A DNA stretch of 64,000 nucleotides, taken from Acidobacteriota bacterium. GTDB taxonomy: Bacteria > Acidobacteriota > Blastocatellia > RBC074. The notes beneath the pieces are model-generated. The model had not been told where the DNA came from and did no database searches. It saw only the letters and a program-made list of their open reading frames with translations. Positions 10,371-19,476 of this stretch are shown here, piece by piece (position 1 is the stretch's first letter; each line of letters begins with the position of its first letter). The position numbers and the translations under genes were made by a program. Where the stretch lies: contig JACPYM010000099.1 in assembly GCA_016196035.1 (NCBI GenBank), forward strand, positions 869-64,868. The letters are read 5' to 3'.

Positions 10371-10433
10371 GTTCAGAGTTCACGCTTCAACGTGTGCCTT
10401 CGACTTAGACACGCTGAAGCGTGAACTCTGAAC
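10371..10433. repeat. REP-like inverted pair, family D, directly after the stop codon
   Basis: GTTCAGAGTTCACGCTTCAACGTGT ... ACACGCTGAAGCGTGAACTCTGAAC (25-bp arms, 1 mismatch). Confidence 0.85.
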
Positions 10434-10655
10434 ACCTCTTTCTTGCAGGGCGCAAAACCAGCCTGGCGAATTGGTCGGCAGGATCATGCTTGCAAGCGCG
10501 CCCAGGCGCACGCTACACATAAAATCAGACCAGCACCGGTGTTGTTCGACTCAAACACCGGCAGTTTTATGGCTTTTCAATTTTTACTTTGGAGGTGAGA
10601 GCGTGACAGGGGCCCGGAGTAAGCATTCCAACACACTGCGCGCCAAATTCTTGCT

Positions 10656-11993
10656 ATGAAAATGTACCTGCTTAAATTTTCGATCATCGGCGGCTTTCTC
10701 GCCCTGGCGCTGTGTTTCGGCGTCACGGGCCGCAAAGTGAAAGCCAATCAGAGCGGCCCCCCTGCGCAACGCACCGGCGCACCCGGTGAACAGACCTGCG
10801 CGCTTTCCGGCTGCCACACCAGCTTTGCGCTCAACAGCGGTTCTGGTGTTTTAACGCTGACGGGGTTGCCGAGTGGCGGTTATACCGAAGGCCAGCAGAT
10901 CAGTCTGACCGTGACGCTTTCCCAACCAAACCGCCAACTCTATGGTTTTGAGATTACGGCACTCGATAGTCAGGGGCGGCGCGCAGGAACGCTTACCGTG
11001 ACTGACAATAACCGCACGCTGTTGCAAACCTCGGTGGTCAACGGCAACCTGCGCCAATACATCAGCCATAACTTTGGTGGTTCGGGGCCAAACGGTACGA
11101 ATCAAGGTTCCTGGAACTTTCGCTGGACCGCACCCGCGACCAGCACGGGCGCAGTGACGTTCTATTTCGCCGGCAATGCCGCCAACGGAAACGGTAGCGA
11201 AGACGGCGACTTTATTTATACCAGGAGCGCCGTGGTGCAACCGGGCGCCAGCGGCCCGCAAGCCTGCGCCACAATCTCGGCAGCCAGCTTTGCGCAGGGC
11301 GCATTTGCACCCGAAACCATCGTGGCGCTGTTTCCGACAGCGATGGCGAACCTGACGGGCGGCGCTTCGGCCAGTGCGACGACGATTCCGCTGCCAACCG
11401 AATTGGCGGGCGTGATGGTCAAGATCAGAGATGCGGCGGGCACCGAGCGCAATGCCCCTCTCTTTTTTGCGGCTGACGGCCAGATCAATTTCATGGTGCC
11501 GCTGGGTTCAGTGAATGGCGCGGCGACCGTGACAGTCATGCGCGGAACTACCGCAGTCGGCGCGGGCACGTTCAACATCGAGACCGTCTCGCCGGGTCTG
11601 TTCACCGCCAACGCGAACGGCCAGGGAGCGCCTGCCGCGCTGATCTTCCGGCAAACCGCTAGCGGGCAGCAATCGCAAGTGGCAGCGGCGGTGTTCAGTC
11701 AAGCCACCAATCGCTTTGAGCCGGTGCAGATTGATCTGGGGCCGGAAGGCGATGTCGTGCTTCTCATCGGATTTGGCACGGGCTTCCGCAACCGCACTTC
11801 GCTGAGCAACGTGAGTTGCACCATCGGCGGCACCAACGCCACCGTGGATTTTGCCAGCGCGCAAGGCGGCCTGGCTGGCTTGGACCAAACCAACATATTC
11901 ATCCCGCGCAGCCTGATCGGACGCGGGCTGGTTGACCTGGTGTTTCGAGTGGATGGGAAAACCGCCAACACCGTGCAATTGAATATCAAGTAG
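10656..11993 (+). CDS. Secreted Reeler-like protein with CxxxxCH and TIGR03437-like domain, copy 3
   Basis: Signal peptide; TGAPGEQTCALSGCH; YISH; WNFRWTAP; LFFAADGQINFMVP; GLDQTNIFIP. Confidence 0.82.
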   Translation: MKMYLLKFSIIGGFLALALCFGVTGRKVKANQSGPPAQRTGAPGEQTCALSGCHTSFALNSGSGVLTLTGLPSGGYTEGQQISLTVTLSQPNRQLYGFEITALDSQGRRAGTLTVTDNNRTLLQTSVVNGNLRQYISHNFGGSGPNGTNQGSWNFRWTAPATSTGAVTFYFAGNAANGNGSEDGDFIYTRSAVVQPGASGPQACATISAASFAQGAFAPETIVALFPTAMANLTGGASASATTIPLPTELAGVMVKIRDAAGTERNAPLFFAADGQINFMVPLGSVNGAATVTVMRGTTAVGAGTFNIETVSPGLFTANANGQGAPAALIFRQTASGQQSQVAAAVFSQATNRFEPVQIDLGPEGDVVLLIGFGTGFRNRTSLSNVSCTIGGTNATVDFASAQGGLAGLDQTNIFIPRSLIGRGLVDLVFRVDGKTANTVQLNIK

Positions 11994-12016
11994 GCTTAAC
12001 CGTGGCAAGCGAAGTA

Positions 12017-12058
12017 CTCACCTTGTAGTAACGAATAAATTCGTTACTACAAGGTGAG
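12017..12058. repeat. Perfect 20-bp-arm palindrome containing GTAG (REP-like), family E
   Basis: CTCACCTTGTAGTAACGAAT-AA-ATTCGTTACTACAAGGTGAG. Confidence 0.85.
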
Positions 12059-12081
12059 CTTCATTCGCCAATAAACTCCAA

Positions 12082-13401
12082 ATGCGCGTTCTGAAACTTT
12101 CCCTCATCTGCACGTTCGTCATGCTGGCCGCAATCGGCTGGCACAACCAACGCGCGCGCGCCAGTTCCAGCGGCCCGCCCGCTTCGCACACGGGCGCGCC
12201 CAGCGAACCGACGTGCGCAATTTCGGGCTGTCACGGCTTCACCACCAACGATGGGCCGGGCACGCTGACGCTGACGGGTTTGCCGGAACTCGGCTACGCG
12301 CTCAACGAACAATACGACGTGACAGTCACGCTGACACAGGCGCAACGCGCGCTCTACGGTTTTGAAATGACGGCCATTGACGCCAATGGCCGCGCAGCCG
12401 GTCAATGGGACAATCTGGAGCCGCGCCGCATTGATTTGGTCAACAATCGCGTCGGCGCGAATACGCGTGTTTACGCCGGCCACACACAAGCAGGCACCGC
12501 GCCCAACGGGCCGAATCAGAGCAGTTGGGTGCTGCGTTGGAAAGCCCCCGCCACCAACATTGGCCGCGTCACCTTTTATGTCGTCGGCAATGCCGCTAAT
12601 GGCAACGGTGCAACGAGCGGCGATTTCATTTACACCATTAACCGCAGCATTCCGTTTTTTGTGGCCGCGCCACAAGCCGTCGCCACGGTTTCCGCCGCGA
12701 GCTTTGCACAGGGAGCGCTGGCCGGTGAAACCATCGCCGCGCTCTTTGCGCAAGGCGGCTTGTCCCTCGTGACGGTCGCCGCCACGACGACGCCGTTGCC
12801 GACCGTGTTGAGCGGCGTCACAGTGCGCGTCAAAGACGCCGCGAATGTCGAACGCGATGCGCGCCTGTTTTTTGTCTCGCCGCAACAAATCAACTTTCTG
12901 ACGCCACAAGGCACCAGCAACGGCACGGCAACCATTACCGTCTTGCGCGACAACAATCCGGTGGGGGCGGGCACGCTCAATATCGAGACCGTTGCGCCGG
13001 GTCTATTCGCGGCCAACGCCAACGGGCAAGGCGTTGCCGCCGCCGTGGTGTTGCGCGTCAAACCAGATGGCACGCAGAGCATTGAACCCATCGCGCGGTT
13101 CAATGCGGCCGCCAATCGCAATGAAGCGTTGCCGCTGGATTTCGGGCCGGAAAGCGACCGGCTCTTTCTGATTCTGTTCGGGACGGGGTTCCGCTTGCGC
13201 AGCGCGCTGGGCAATGTGAATTGCACCATCGGCGGCACAAACGCTGCCGTGGATTTCGCCGGTGCGCAGGGCGATCTGGCCGGACTCGATCAAGCCAACA
13301 TTCAATTGCCGCGCAGCCTGGCAGGCCGCAACGCCACGCTCGATCTGATCTTGCGCGCGGATGGCAAGGCTGCCAACACTGTGCAAATGGCGGTGAAGTA
13401 G
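12082..13401 (+). CDS. Secreted Reeler-like protein with CxxxxCH and TIGR03437-like domain, copy 4
   Basis: Signal peptide; TGAPSEPTCAISGCH; YAGH; WVLRWKAP; LFFVSPQQINFLTP; GLDQANIQLP. Confidence 0.82.
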   Translation: MRVLKLSLICTFVMLAAIGWHNQRARASSSGPPASHTGAPSEPTCAISGCHGFTTNDGPGTLTLTGLPELGYALNEQYDVTVTLTQAQRALYGFEMTAIDANGRAAGQWDNLEPRRIDLVNNRVGANTRVYAGHTQAGTAPNGPNQSSWVLRWKAPATNIGRVTFYVVGNAANGNGATSGDFIYTINRSIPFFVAAPQAVATVSAASFAQGALAGETIAALFAQGGLSLVTVAATTTPLPTVLSGVTVRVKDAANVERDARLFFVSPQQINFLTPQGTSNGTATITVLRDNNPVGAGTLNIETVAPGLFAANANGQGVAAAVVLRVKPDGTQSIEPIARFNAAANRNEALPLDFGPESDRLFLILFGTGFRLRSALGNVNCTIGGTNAAVDFAGAQGDLAGLDQANIQLPRSLAGRNATLDLILRADGKAANTVQMAVK

Positions 13402-13648
13402 TTTAGACTGCCTTTGCACTTCAACTGACCTACTTACCTATTCGGCTCGCTGGGACTAAGAGCAACTCCACTGACGATCAACACATTCTTTTTTTAGCGC
13501 AGCGCCCCACAGGCAATGCCAATTTTGCAGCAAACGAGCGATGGCTGGGTTCCGGCCTGTCCTACTTCCACGCAGGACAGCCTGGCCTCCACCGTCACCC
13601 ACCACTGACAATTGAGCCACGGCTCAGAACAGCGAAAGGAATAGAACA

Positions 13649-15556
13649 ATGAGAAAAAGCGGTTTTATCGCATCCCTGGCAGCGTTCGCGTTGCTAATGC
13701 TGGCTTCGGCCTTTACCCCAGTGCAAGCTGAAGTCCTGATGGCCAATGTGCTGGGAACGCCACTCGCCGAAACACCACCGATTACCACTTTGAACGCTTC
13801 AGGCGGCTTCAACATCACCATCAACGTCACCCGCGATGCCGCCGGCAACATCACCGCCGGCACGATCACTTTCATCGCCCAGGTGCAGTTCCCCGGCAGC
13901 GTCAGCTTCAACGGCTTCCACATTCACGAAGGCGCGGCGGGCATCGCCGGCCCGGTGCGCTTCAACACCGGTTTGAGCGGCACCAATACCCGAGATTTTG
14001 CCAGCGGCGCAGGTCTGATCTTGCCCGACCCCGTCGTCGTGACCGATCTGGCGGCGTTGGCGCGGCTGCTCGCCAATCCAGCGGGCTTTTACGTCAACCT
14101 GCACTCGTCGGTGAATCCGGGCGGCGCGATTCGCGGCCAATTCACCACGTTGACCGAATCGCTCAGCAACACGGTCGCGATGACTGGGGCGCAAGAAGTT
14201 CCGCCCATCACCAACGCAGAAGCCAACGCCACTGGCACGGGCACGCTCACCTTCAACCCGACGCGTAACGCGCTGGGTGTGATCAATGGCGGCAACGTGA
14301 CTTTCACAGTGGATTACAACTTCCCCGGCGCAACCACTTTCACCGGACTACACATTCACGAAGGCCCGGCGGGCGCGGCGGCTGGCGTCGTAATCAATAC
14401 CGGTCTCAACGGCGCCGCCAGTGCGCTCGTTTCCCCCACGGGCAAAGGTTTGGTGAGCATCACGGTGCCCATCACCACCGCCGCGCAGATCGGCGCCTTG
14501 ACCCGCTTGATCGCAAACCCGACAGGCTTTTACGTCAATATACACACCACCCTTAACGGTGGCGGCGCGGTTCGTGGACAATTGACCAGCCTGAGCCGTC
14601 CGCCCGTCATCGCGCAAGTCAGCAAATATGTGCTGCCCACCGGCAATGCAAACGCCACTTTCGCGATGACTGTAACGGGGCTGGACTTGCTGAACCTGCT
14701 CGCCAGCACCGTCCAGATCAATGGTCAGACGGCCACGGCGGTGCCCGACGTGAATACCGGCCTGATCACCGTGACCGTGCCCGCCGCGTCGCTCGCCAAC
14801 GCCGGTGTGTTGAACGTGCAGGTCAAAGCCCCCAACGGCACACTCTCGCTGCCGCTGAACATTCCGGTCGTCCCGGCGGCTTCGCTCAACAGCCAGGCGG
14901 TGGCCGTGGTGGATTCCGCCAGCTTCCGCGCCGGCGCAGCGTCTGAAAGCATCGCCTCGGCGTTCGGCACCAAACTGGCGTCTACGTTTGCCACCGGGAC
15001 TGGCGCGGTCTTGCCGATTTCACTGGATGGCACGAGCGTTTACATCAACGGCGTCAATGCCCCGCTCTTCTTCGTCTCGCCGGGCCAGATCAACTTCGAG
15101 GTGCCGGTCAGCACCTTGAGCGGCCCCGGCGCCATCGTCATCGTCGCCAAAGACGGCACGGTGTCACAGGGGCAAATTCTCATCGGCGATATTTCGCCCG
15201 GCATCTTCACACGTCTGGCGAATGGGCAGGGCGCGCCGTCGGCAGTCGCGTCGAATGACAACGGCGTGACCTTCACCATCGTCATGAGCAATGCCGACGG
15301 CACGCCGGTCGAAATCTCCGCCGGCAACATCGCGGTGCTCTTCGGCACCGGTCTGCGCTTCAAAACTGGCGACGTGACCGCGACCGCAGGCGGCGTGACC
15401 GGCTCACCTTCCTTCGTCGGTGCGCAAGGCGGCCTCGTAGGTTTGGATCAGATCAACTTCACCATCCCGCAATCCCTGGCGGGCAAAGGTGAAATGGATT
15501 TGGTGCTTTCCCTTGACGGGAAACAAACCAATCCCGTGCGGATCAAGGTGAAATAA
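13649..15556 (+). CDS. Secreted protein with two CHRD domains, an Ig/IPT-like domain and a TIGR03437-like C-terminal domain
   Basis: Two repeats of HIHEG...G and ANPxGFYVN(L/I)H(S/T)...GGA(I/V)RGQ; LFFVSPGQINFEVP; GLDQINFTIP; AAGGA SD. Confidence 0.85.
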   Translation: MRKSGFIASLAAFALLMLASAFTPVQAEVLMANVLGTPLAETPPITTLNASGGFNITINVTRDAAGNITAGTITFIAQVQFPGSVSFNGFHIHEGAAGIAGPVRFNTGLSGTNTRDFASGAGLILPDPVVVTDLAALARLLANPAGFYVNLHSSVNPGGAIRGQFTTLTESLSNTVAMTGAQEVPPITNAEANATGTGTLTFNPTRNALGVINGGNVTFTVDYNFPGATTFTGLHIHEGPAGAAAGVVINTGLNGAASALVSPTGKGLVSITVPITTAAQIGALTRLIANPTGFYVNIHTTLNGGGAVRGQLTSLSRPPVIAQVSKYVLPTGNANATFAMTVTGLDLLNLLASTVQINGQTATAVPDVNTGLITVTVPAASLANAGVLNVQVKAPNGTLSLPLNIPVVPAASLNSQAVAVVDSASFRAGAASESIASAFGTKLASTFATGTGAVLPISLDGTSVYINGVNAPLFFVSPGQINFEVPVSTLSGPGAIVIVAKDGTVSQGQILIGDISPGIFTRLANGQGAPSAVASNDNGVTFTIVMSNADGTPVEISAGNIAVLFGTGLRFKTGDVTATAGGVTGSPSFVGAQGGLVGLDQINFTIPQSLAGKGEMDLVLSLDGKQTNPVRIKVK

Positions 15557-15559
15557 GCA

Positions 15560-15679
15560 AGTAGTCAGTAGGCAGTAGTCAGTAGGCAGTAGTAGCAAGC
15601 AGTCGGCGTGGCAACCCGCTTTCTGCCTGCTGCTACTGCCTACGCCGTTACGGCCTACGGCTACTGACTACTGACTACT
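15560..15679. repeat. Heptamer tandem arrays (AGTAG(T/G)C)n and complementary (CTACTGA)n in inverted arrangement
   Basis: agtagtc/agtaggc units at 15560-15596; ctactga-like units up to 15679. Confidence 0.8.
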
Positions 15680-15687
15680 CCCTCTCT

Positions 15688-17238
15688 ATGGCTCTCGCAA
15701 CCGTTCTCTGCATGTACGCCGCCTTCCTCGGCATCGGCATCTTGGCCGCGCGCAAGGCCAAAGACGGCACTTCGACCGATTTGCTGATTGCGGGCCGCGC
15801 CATGCCGCTGTGGCTGGCGGTGCTGACGATGACGGCGACCTGGGTGGATGGCGGATACCTGCTGGGCACGGTCGAAGGCACGTACAAAGCCAGTCTCACC
15901 TCCGGAGCGCAAGGCGGTCTCTGTTTCGGTCTCAGCCTGATTCTCGGCGGCCTGTTTTTCGCCCGGCGCATGCGCGCGTTGGAATTCACCACTCTGATTG
16001 ATCCCTTTGAAGCCCGCTTCGGCAAAGCCTGGGCGGCGGTGCTCTTCGTGCCCGCGCTGCTGGGCGAAGTGTTTTGGAGCGCCGAACTGCTGGTCGCCAT
16101 CGGCTCGACCTTCGGCGTGACGCTGGGGATGAAGCTGACCACGGCGATTCTCTTGTCGGCGCTCATCGTGACGGTCTACACCATGCTCGGCGGCATGTGG
16201 TCGGTGGCGTATACCGACGCCTTTCAACTCGGCCTGGTCGCGTTGGGATTGCTGGCCGCGCTGCCGCTGGTGTTTTATGCCGTGGGTGGATTCAGCCACG
16301 CCTGGACGGGTTACGTGGCGGCACGACCGGAAGGCGCTGCCTTGCTGCCACCGCTTCACTCAAGCGCCGTGTGGAGCGCGCCCGCCATCATCAATTGGTG
16401 GGATGTGAGCGTGATGCTGACGCTGGGCGGCATTCCGTGGAATTGCTATTTCCAGCGCGTGCTTTCGTGTCAAAGCCCGGCGCGCGCGCAACAACATTCG
16501 CTGCTGGCCGGGTTACTGACCATCGCCCTGACCGTACCGCCACTACTCTTTGGCATCGCGGCGTTTAGTTACCGCTGGCCGGCGGAATTGCTGGCACGCT
16601 TGCAGGCGCAACCCGCCGATGCACTGCCGCTGTTGTTTCAATACGTGACGCCGCCCCTGATCGGCGTGCTGGGCCTGGGTGCGATCATCGGCGCGGTGAC
16701 TTCGAGTTTCAGCGCATCCATCTTGTCGGCGGCTTCGATGTTCGCCTGGAATTGCTGCCACCGGCTGTTGCGGCCCGATCTGAACGCACGACAGATGACG
16801 CGGCTGATTCGCCTGGTCATCGTCGCGCTTGGGGCGCTCGCGGCGGTCATGGCGTTGAAGGTGCAAAGCGTGCAGGCGCTCTGGTTTTTCACCAGCGATT
16901 TGATTTTCGTACTGCTTTTCCCGCAACTGGTCTGTGCGTTGTTCGATCCGCAAGCCAATCGGATTGGCTCGATCACCGCCTTCAGCCTCTCGCTGGTGTT
17001 GCGGCTGGGCGGCGGCGAACCACTGTTCGGCCTGCCACCTTTCATTCCTTACCCTGAAATTTTTGCGGCCCTACTCCCGGGTTCAGTGCAAAGCTGGTAT
17101 AACGACGGCGCGCTACTCTTCCCATACAAAACGCTGGCGGCGCTGGTCGGATTGATCGCGCTGCCCCTGGTTTCGCGCCTGACCCAGCGTTGGGATCAGC
17201 CGCAACCGTTGCGCAATGTGGCCGCTGAAAAAGCCTGA
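15688..17238 (+). CDS. Sodium:solute symporter (SLC5/SSS), resembling the high-affinity choline transporter CHT1 subgroup
   Basis: Many TM helices; AGRAMPLW, TMTATWVDGGY, YTMLGGMWSVAYTD, LGGIPWNCYFQRVLS, LFPQL, LRLGGGEP motifs. Confidence 0.85.
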   Translation: MALATVLCMYAAFLGIGILAARKAKDGTSTDLLIAGRAMPLWLAVLTMTATWVDGGYLLGTVEGTYKASLTSGAQGGLCFGLSLILGGLFFARRMRALEFTTLIDPFEARFGKAWAAVLFVPALLGEVFWSAELLVAIGSTFGVTLGMKLTTAILLSALIVTVYTMLGGMWSVAYTDAFQLGLVALGLLAALPLVFYAVGGFSHAWTGYVAARPEGAALLPPLHSSAVWSAPAIINWWDVSVMLTLGGIPWNCYFQRVLSCQSPARAQQHSLLAGLLTIALTVPPLLFGIAAFSYRWPAELLARLQAQPADALPLLFQYVTPPLIGVLGLGAIIGAVTSSFSASILSAASMFAWNCCHRLLRPDLNARQMTRLIRLVIVALGALAAVMALKVQSVQALWFFTSDLIFVLLFPQLVCALFDPQANRIGSITAFSLSLVLRLGGGEPLFGLPPFIPYPEIFAALLPGSVQSWYNDGALLFPYKTLAALVGLIALPLVSRLTQRWDQPQPLRNVAAEKA

Positions 17239-17978
17239 TGTTCAAAAAGCTACTCGCCTGGTCTGCACATCTTTACACCGCGCTCGGCTTGGTTTGCGCG
17301 GCGGGCATCGCGCTGACAATCATTCGCGGCGGCGACGAAGCCTTCCGGCTGGCCTTTCTCTTGATGATCATTGCCACGGTGATTGACACGACCGACGGCT
17401 GGTACGCCCGCCGCGTGCGCGTCAAAGAAGTACTGCCCGGCTTTGATGGACGGCGGCTAGATGATCTGATTGATTTCCAAACCTACACCTGTTTGCCGTT
17501 GTTGCTGATCTGGCGCGCGCAGTTGTTGCCCGCCACACAACAGTGGTGGCTGTTGCTGCCGTTGCTGGCGAGCGCCTACGGCTTTTGCCAGGTCGCCGCC
17601 AAGACGGCTGACAATTACTTTCTCGGCTTCCCGTCGTATTGGAACATCGTCGCGTTGTATTTGTATTTGCTGCGGCTGCCGAGTGCATGGGCGCTGGCGT
17701 TGATCGTCGTGTTGGCGCTGCTGACCTTCGTGCCCTCGCGGTATTTGTACACGACGCGCGGCGGGCGTTTCGGCCTGCTGACCAATCTGTTCGGCAGCGC
17801 CTGGGCCATCGCGTTGCTGGTGCTGTTGTGGCAATGGCACGCTGCTCCACGCAGCCTCTTGCTGGGTTCGCTGAGTTTCCCAGTGTATTACCTGGGCCTG
17901 TCGTGGTGGATTTCAATTCAATACTGGTATCGCTGGCGGGCCGCCCGCGCTGTACAGCAGGCTGCCAGCCTGCTGTAA
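17238..17978 (+). CDS. pcs: CDP-alcohol phosphatidyltransferase, phosphatidylcholine synthase-like
   Basis: AHLYTALG, DTTDGWYAR...GRRLDDLIDF (CDP-AP motif), YFLGFPSYWN; TGATG overlap with the symporter stop. Confidence 0.78.
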   Translation: MFKKLLAWSAHLYTALGLVCAAGIALTIIRGGDEAFRLAFLLMIIATVIDTTDGWYARRVRVKEVLPGFDGRRLDDLIDFQTYTCLPLLLIWRAQLLPATQQWWLLLPLLASAYGFCQVAAKTADNYFLGFPSYWNIVALYLYLLRLPSAWALALIVVLALLTFVPSRYLYTTRGGRFGLLTNLFGSAWAIALLVLLWQWHAAPRSLLLGSLSFPVYYLGLSWWISIQYWYRWRAARAVQQAASLL

Positions 17979-18079
17979 CGATGGCGACTGCACCCCTAAG
18001 CCGCATCTGCTGTCAGGCATTGTAGCGAACACGATTCACTCCCTAACGACGACCGCAGCAGGCTGGCAGCCTGCTGTAC
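17952..18079. repeat. REPIN-like element, family A (second copy), overlapping the pcs 3' end
   Basis: Same 24-nt REP pair as 3546-3644, at 17952-17975 and 18056-18079, with an unrelated spacer. Confidence 0.9.
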
Positions 18080-18086
18080 AAAACAC

Positions 18087-18581
18087 TCACGGCAAACTGT
18101 CATTCAACACCCGCGCCGTTTGATCTTCCCGAAATTGTTTCAACTTCGCACGCAACTCAGGCCGCGCATTTGCCAGGATCGCCACCGCCAGCAGCGCCGC
18201 ATTGGTCGCGCCAGCCTTGCCAATCGCCAGCGTGCCCACGGGAATCCCGCCGGGCATCTGCACAATCGAAAGCAGCGAATCCATGCCTTTGAGCGCGTGA
18301 CTTTCGACCGGCACGCCCAGCACCGGCAAGACCGTGTGCGCCGCCGTCATGCCCGGCAGATGCGCCGCGCCACCGGCTCCGGCGATGATGACTTCGAGGC
18401 CGCGCGCTTCGGCACTGGCGGCGAATTCGACTAGCAGGTTGGGCGTGCGATGCGCCGAGACGATGCGGCATTCGTGCGGCACGGCGAATTGCGTCAGCAT
18501 TTCGGCGGCGTGGCGCATAGTCTCCCAATCGGATTTGCTGCCCATGATGATGGCGACGAGTGGTTGCGATTGTTCGGTCAT
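18087..18581 (-). CDS. purE: N5-carboxyaminoimidazole ribonucleotide mutase (class I PurE)
   Basis: [39 protein letters not shown]. Confidence 0.97.
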   Translation of the reverse strand: MTEQSQPLVAIIMGSKSDWETMRHAAEMLTQFAVPHECRIVSAHRTPNLLVEFAASAEARGLEVIIAGAGGAAHLPGMTAAHTVLPVLGVPVESHALKGMDSLLSIVQMPGGIPVGTLAIGKAGATNAALLAVAILANARPELRAKLKQFREDQTARVLNDSLP

Positions 18582-18701
18582 ACGTGATTATTGTTTGCCT
18601 CAGGCGACCAGCGACTCTACATGCGCCAGCCGGTCTTCAATGCTGATGGGTAGTGGGATAAAGTTGTATTGCTGCCTGACGACAAGCACACCCTGCACAA
18701 G

Positions 18702-18778
18702 TCTCCCACGAAGACACACGAAGGAGGCACGAAGATTCCGCACTTCTTCGTGCCTGCTTCGTGTGTCTTCGTGGGAGA
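18702..18778. repeat. Long hairpin built from CACGAAG-containing units (family F)
   Basis: TCTCCCACGAAGACACACGAAGGAGGCACGAAGA ... TCTTCGTGCCTGCTTCGTGTGTCTTCGTGGGAGA, 34-bp arms, 1 mismatch. Confidence 0.85.
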
Positions 18779-19018
18779 AGTCCTGCGGCATGTCGGCAAC
18801 ACAACTTTAGCCCACCAGCAAAAGTTGCCGGTCGGTTAGAGCGCCGGTTAGGTCTTTGGTATTGTCGTTTTCGTTCATCGCAGTTTTCCTTTCTTGCTGA
18901 GTTGCCCGCCAGCAATTATTTTTCGCGACGAAGTATACGAATCAAGCTCGCATTTGCCCAGCACTCGGCGAAATCGCGTCAACCACTCATACCAGCCACA
19001 AAATTCCTTGCAACCCGA

Positions 19019-19057
19019 CTTGTACCATTGTCGTAGTACAAGCCGACAAGTTAAGCT
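19019..19057 (+). promoter_or_regulatory. Putative GntR/YtrA operator palindrome overlapping a sigma70-type promoter
   Basis: CTTGTACCA-TTGTCG-TAGTACAAG (19019-19042); TTGTCG-N18-TAAGCT; ATG 7 nt after the -10. Confidence 0.65.
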
Positions 19058-19064
19058 TAACCTG

Positions 19065-19472
19065 ATGGAAGACCGGTTCAATCTCATTTTCGATTTGCGG
19101 CCCAACGATCCGCTGCCGCTGTATGCGCAGTTGGAGCGGGCGATTCGACACGCCATCGCCACCGAAAAGTTGCGCGTGGGCGACCAGTTGCCGACCGTCC
19201 GGCAACTGGCAGTCGAGTTGCGCATCAACGCCAACACGGTCGCCAAGGTTTACACCGAGTTGGAGCGCGCCGGGTTGCTGGAAACGCGGCGCGGGGTCGG
19301 GACATTTGTCAGAGCACGCGAGGCGGCTTTGATGCTCTTCACCAAACGACGCGACCGTGAGCGGGAACTGCGCGCGCTCGCGGATCGCTTTGTGGCCGAG
19401 GCTGCGGTACTCGGCTTTTCACTCGACGACATGCTTGAATACCTGTCGAGTCAGCGCACCAAAGGAGAATAA
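19065..19472 (+). CDS. GntR family regulator, YtrA subfamily
   Basis: PLYAQL, GDQLPTVRQLAVELRINANTVAKVYTELE, RRGVGTFV; short helical C-terminus. Confidence 0.92.
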   Translation: MEDRFNLIFDLRPNDPLPLYAQLERAIRHAIATEKLRVGDQLPTVRQLAVELRINANTVAKVYTELERAGLLETRRGVGTFVRAREAALMLFTKRRDRERELRALADRFVAEAAVLGFSLDDMLEYLSSQRTKGE

Positions 19473-19476
19473 ACAC

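Noticed and set aside
18600..19036. Small ORFs between purE and the GntR gene
   Set aside because: Derived from the family F hairpin and promoter DNA; no coding signal
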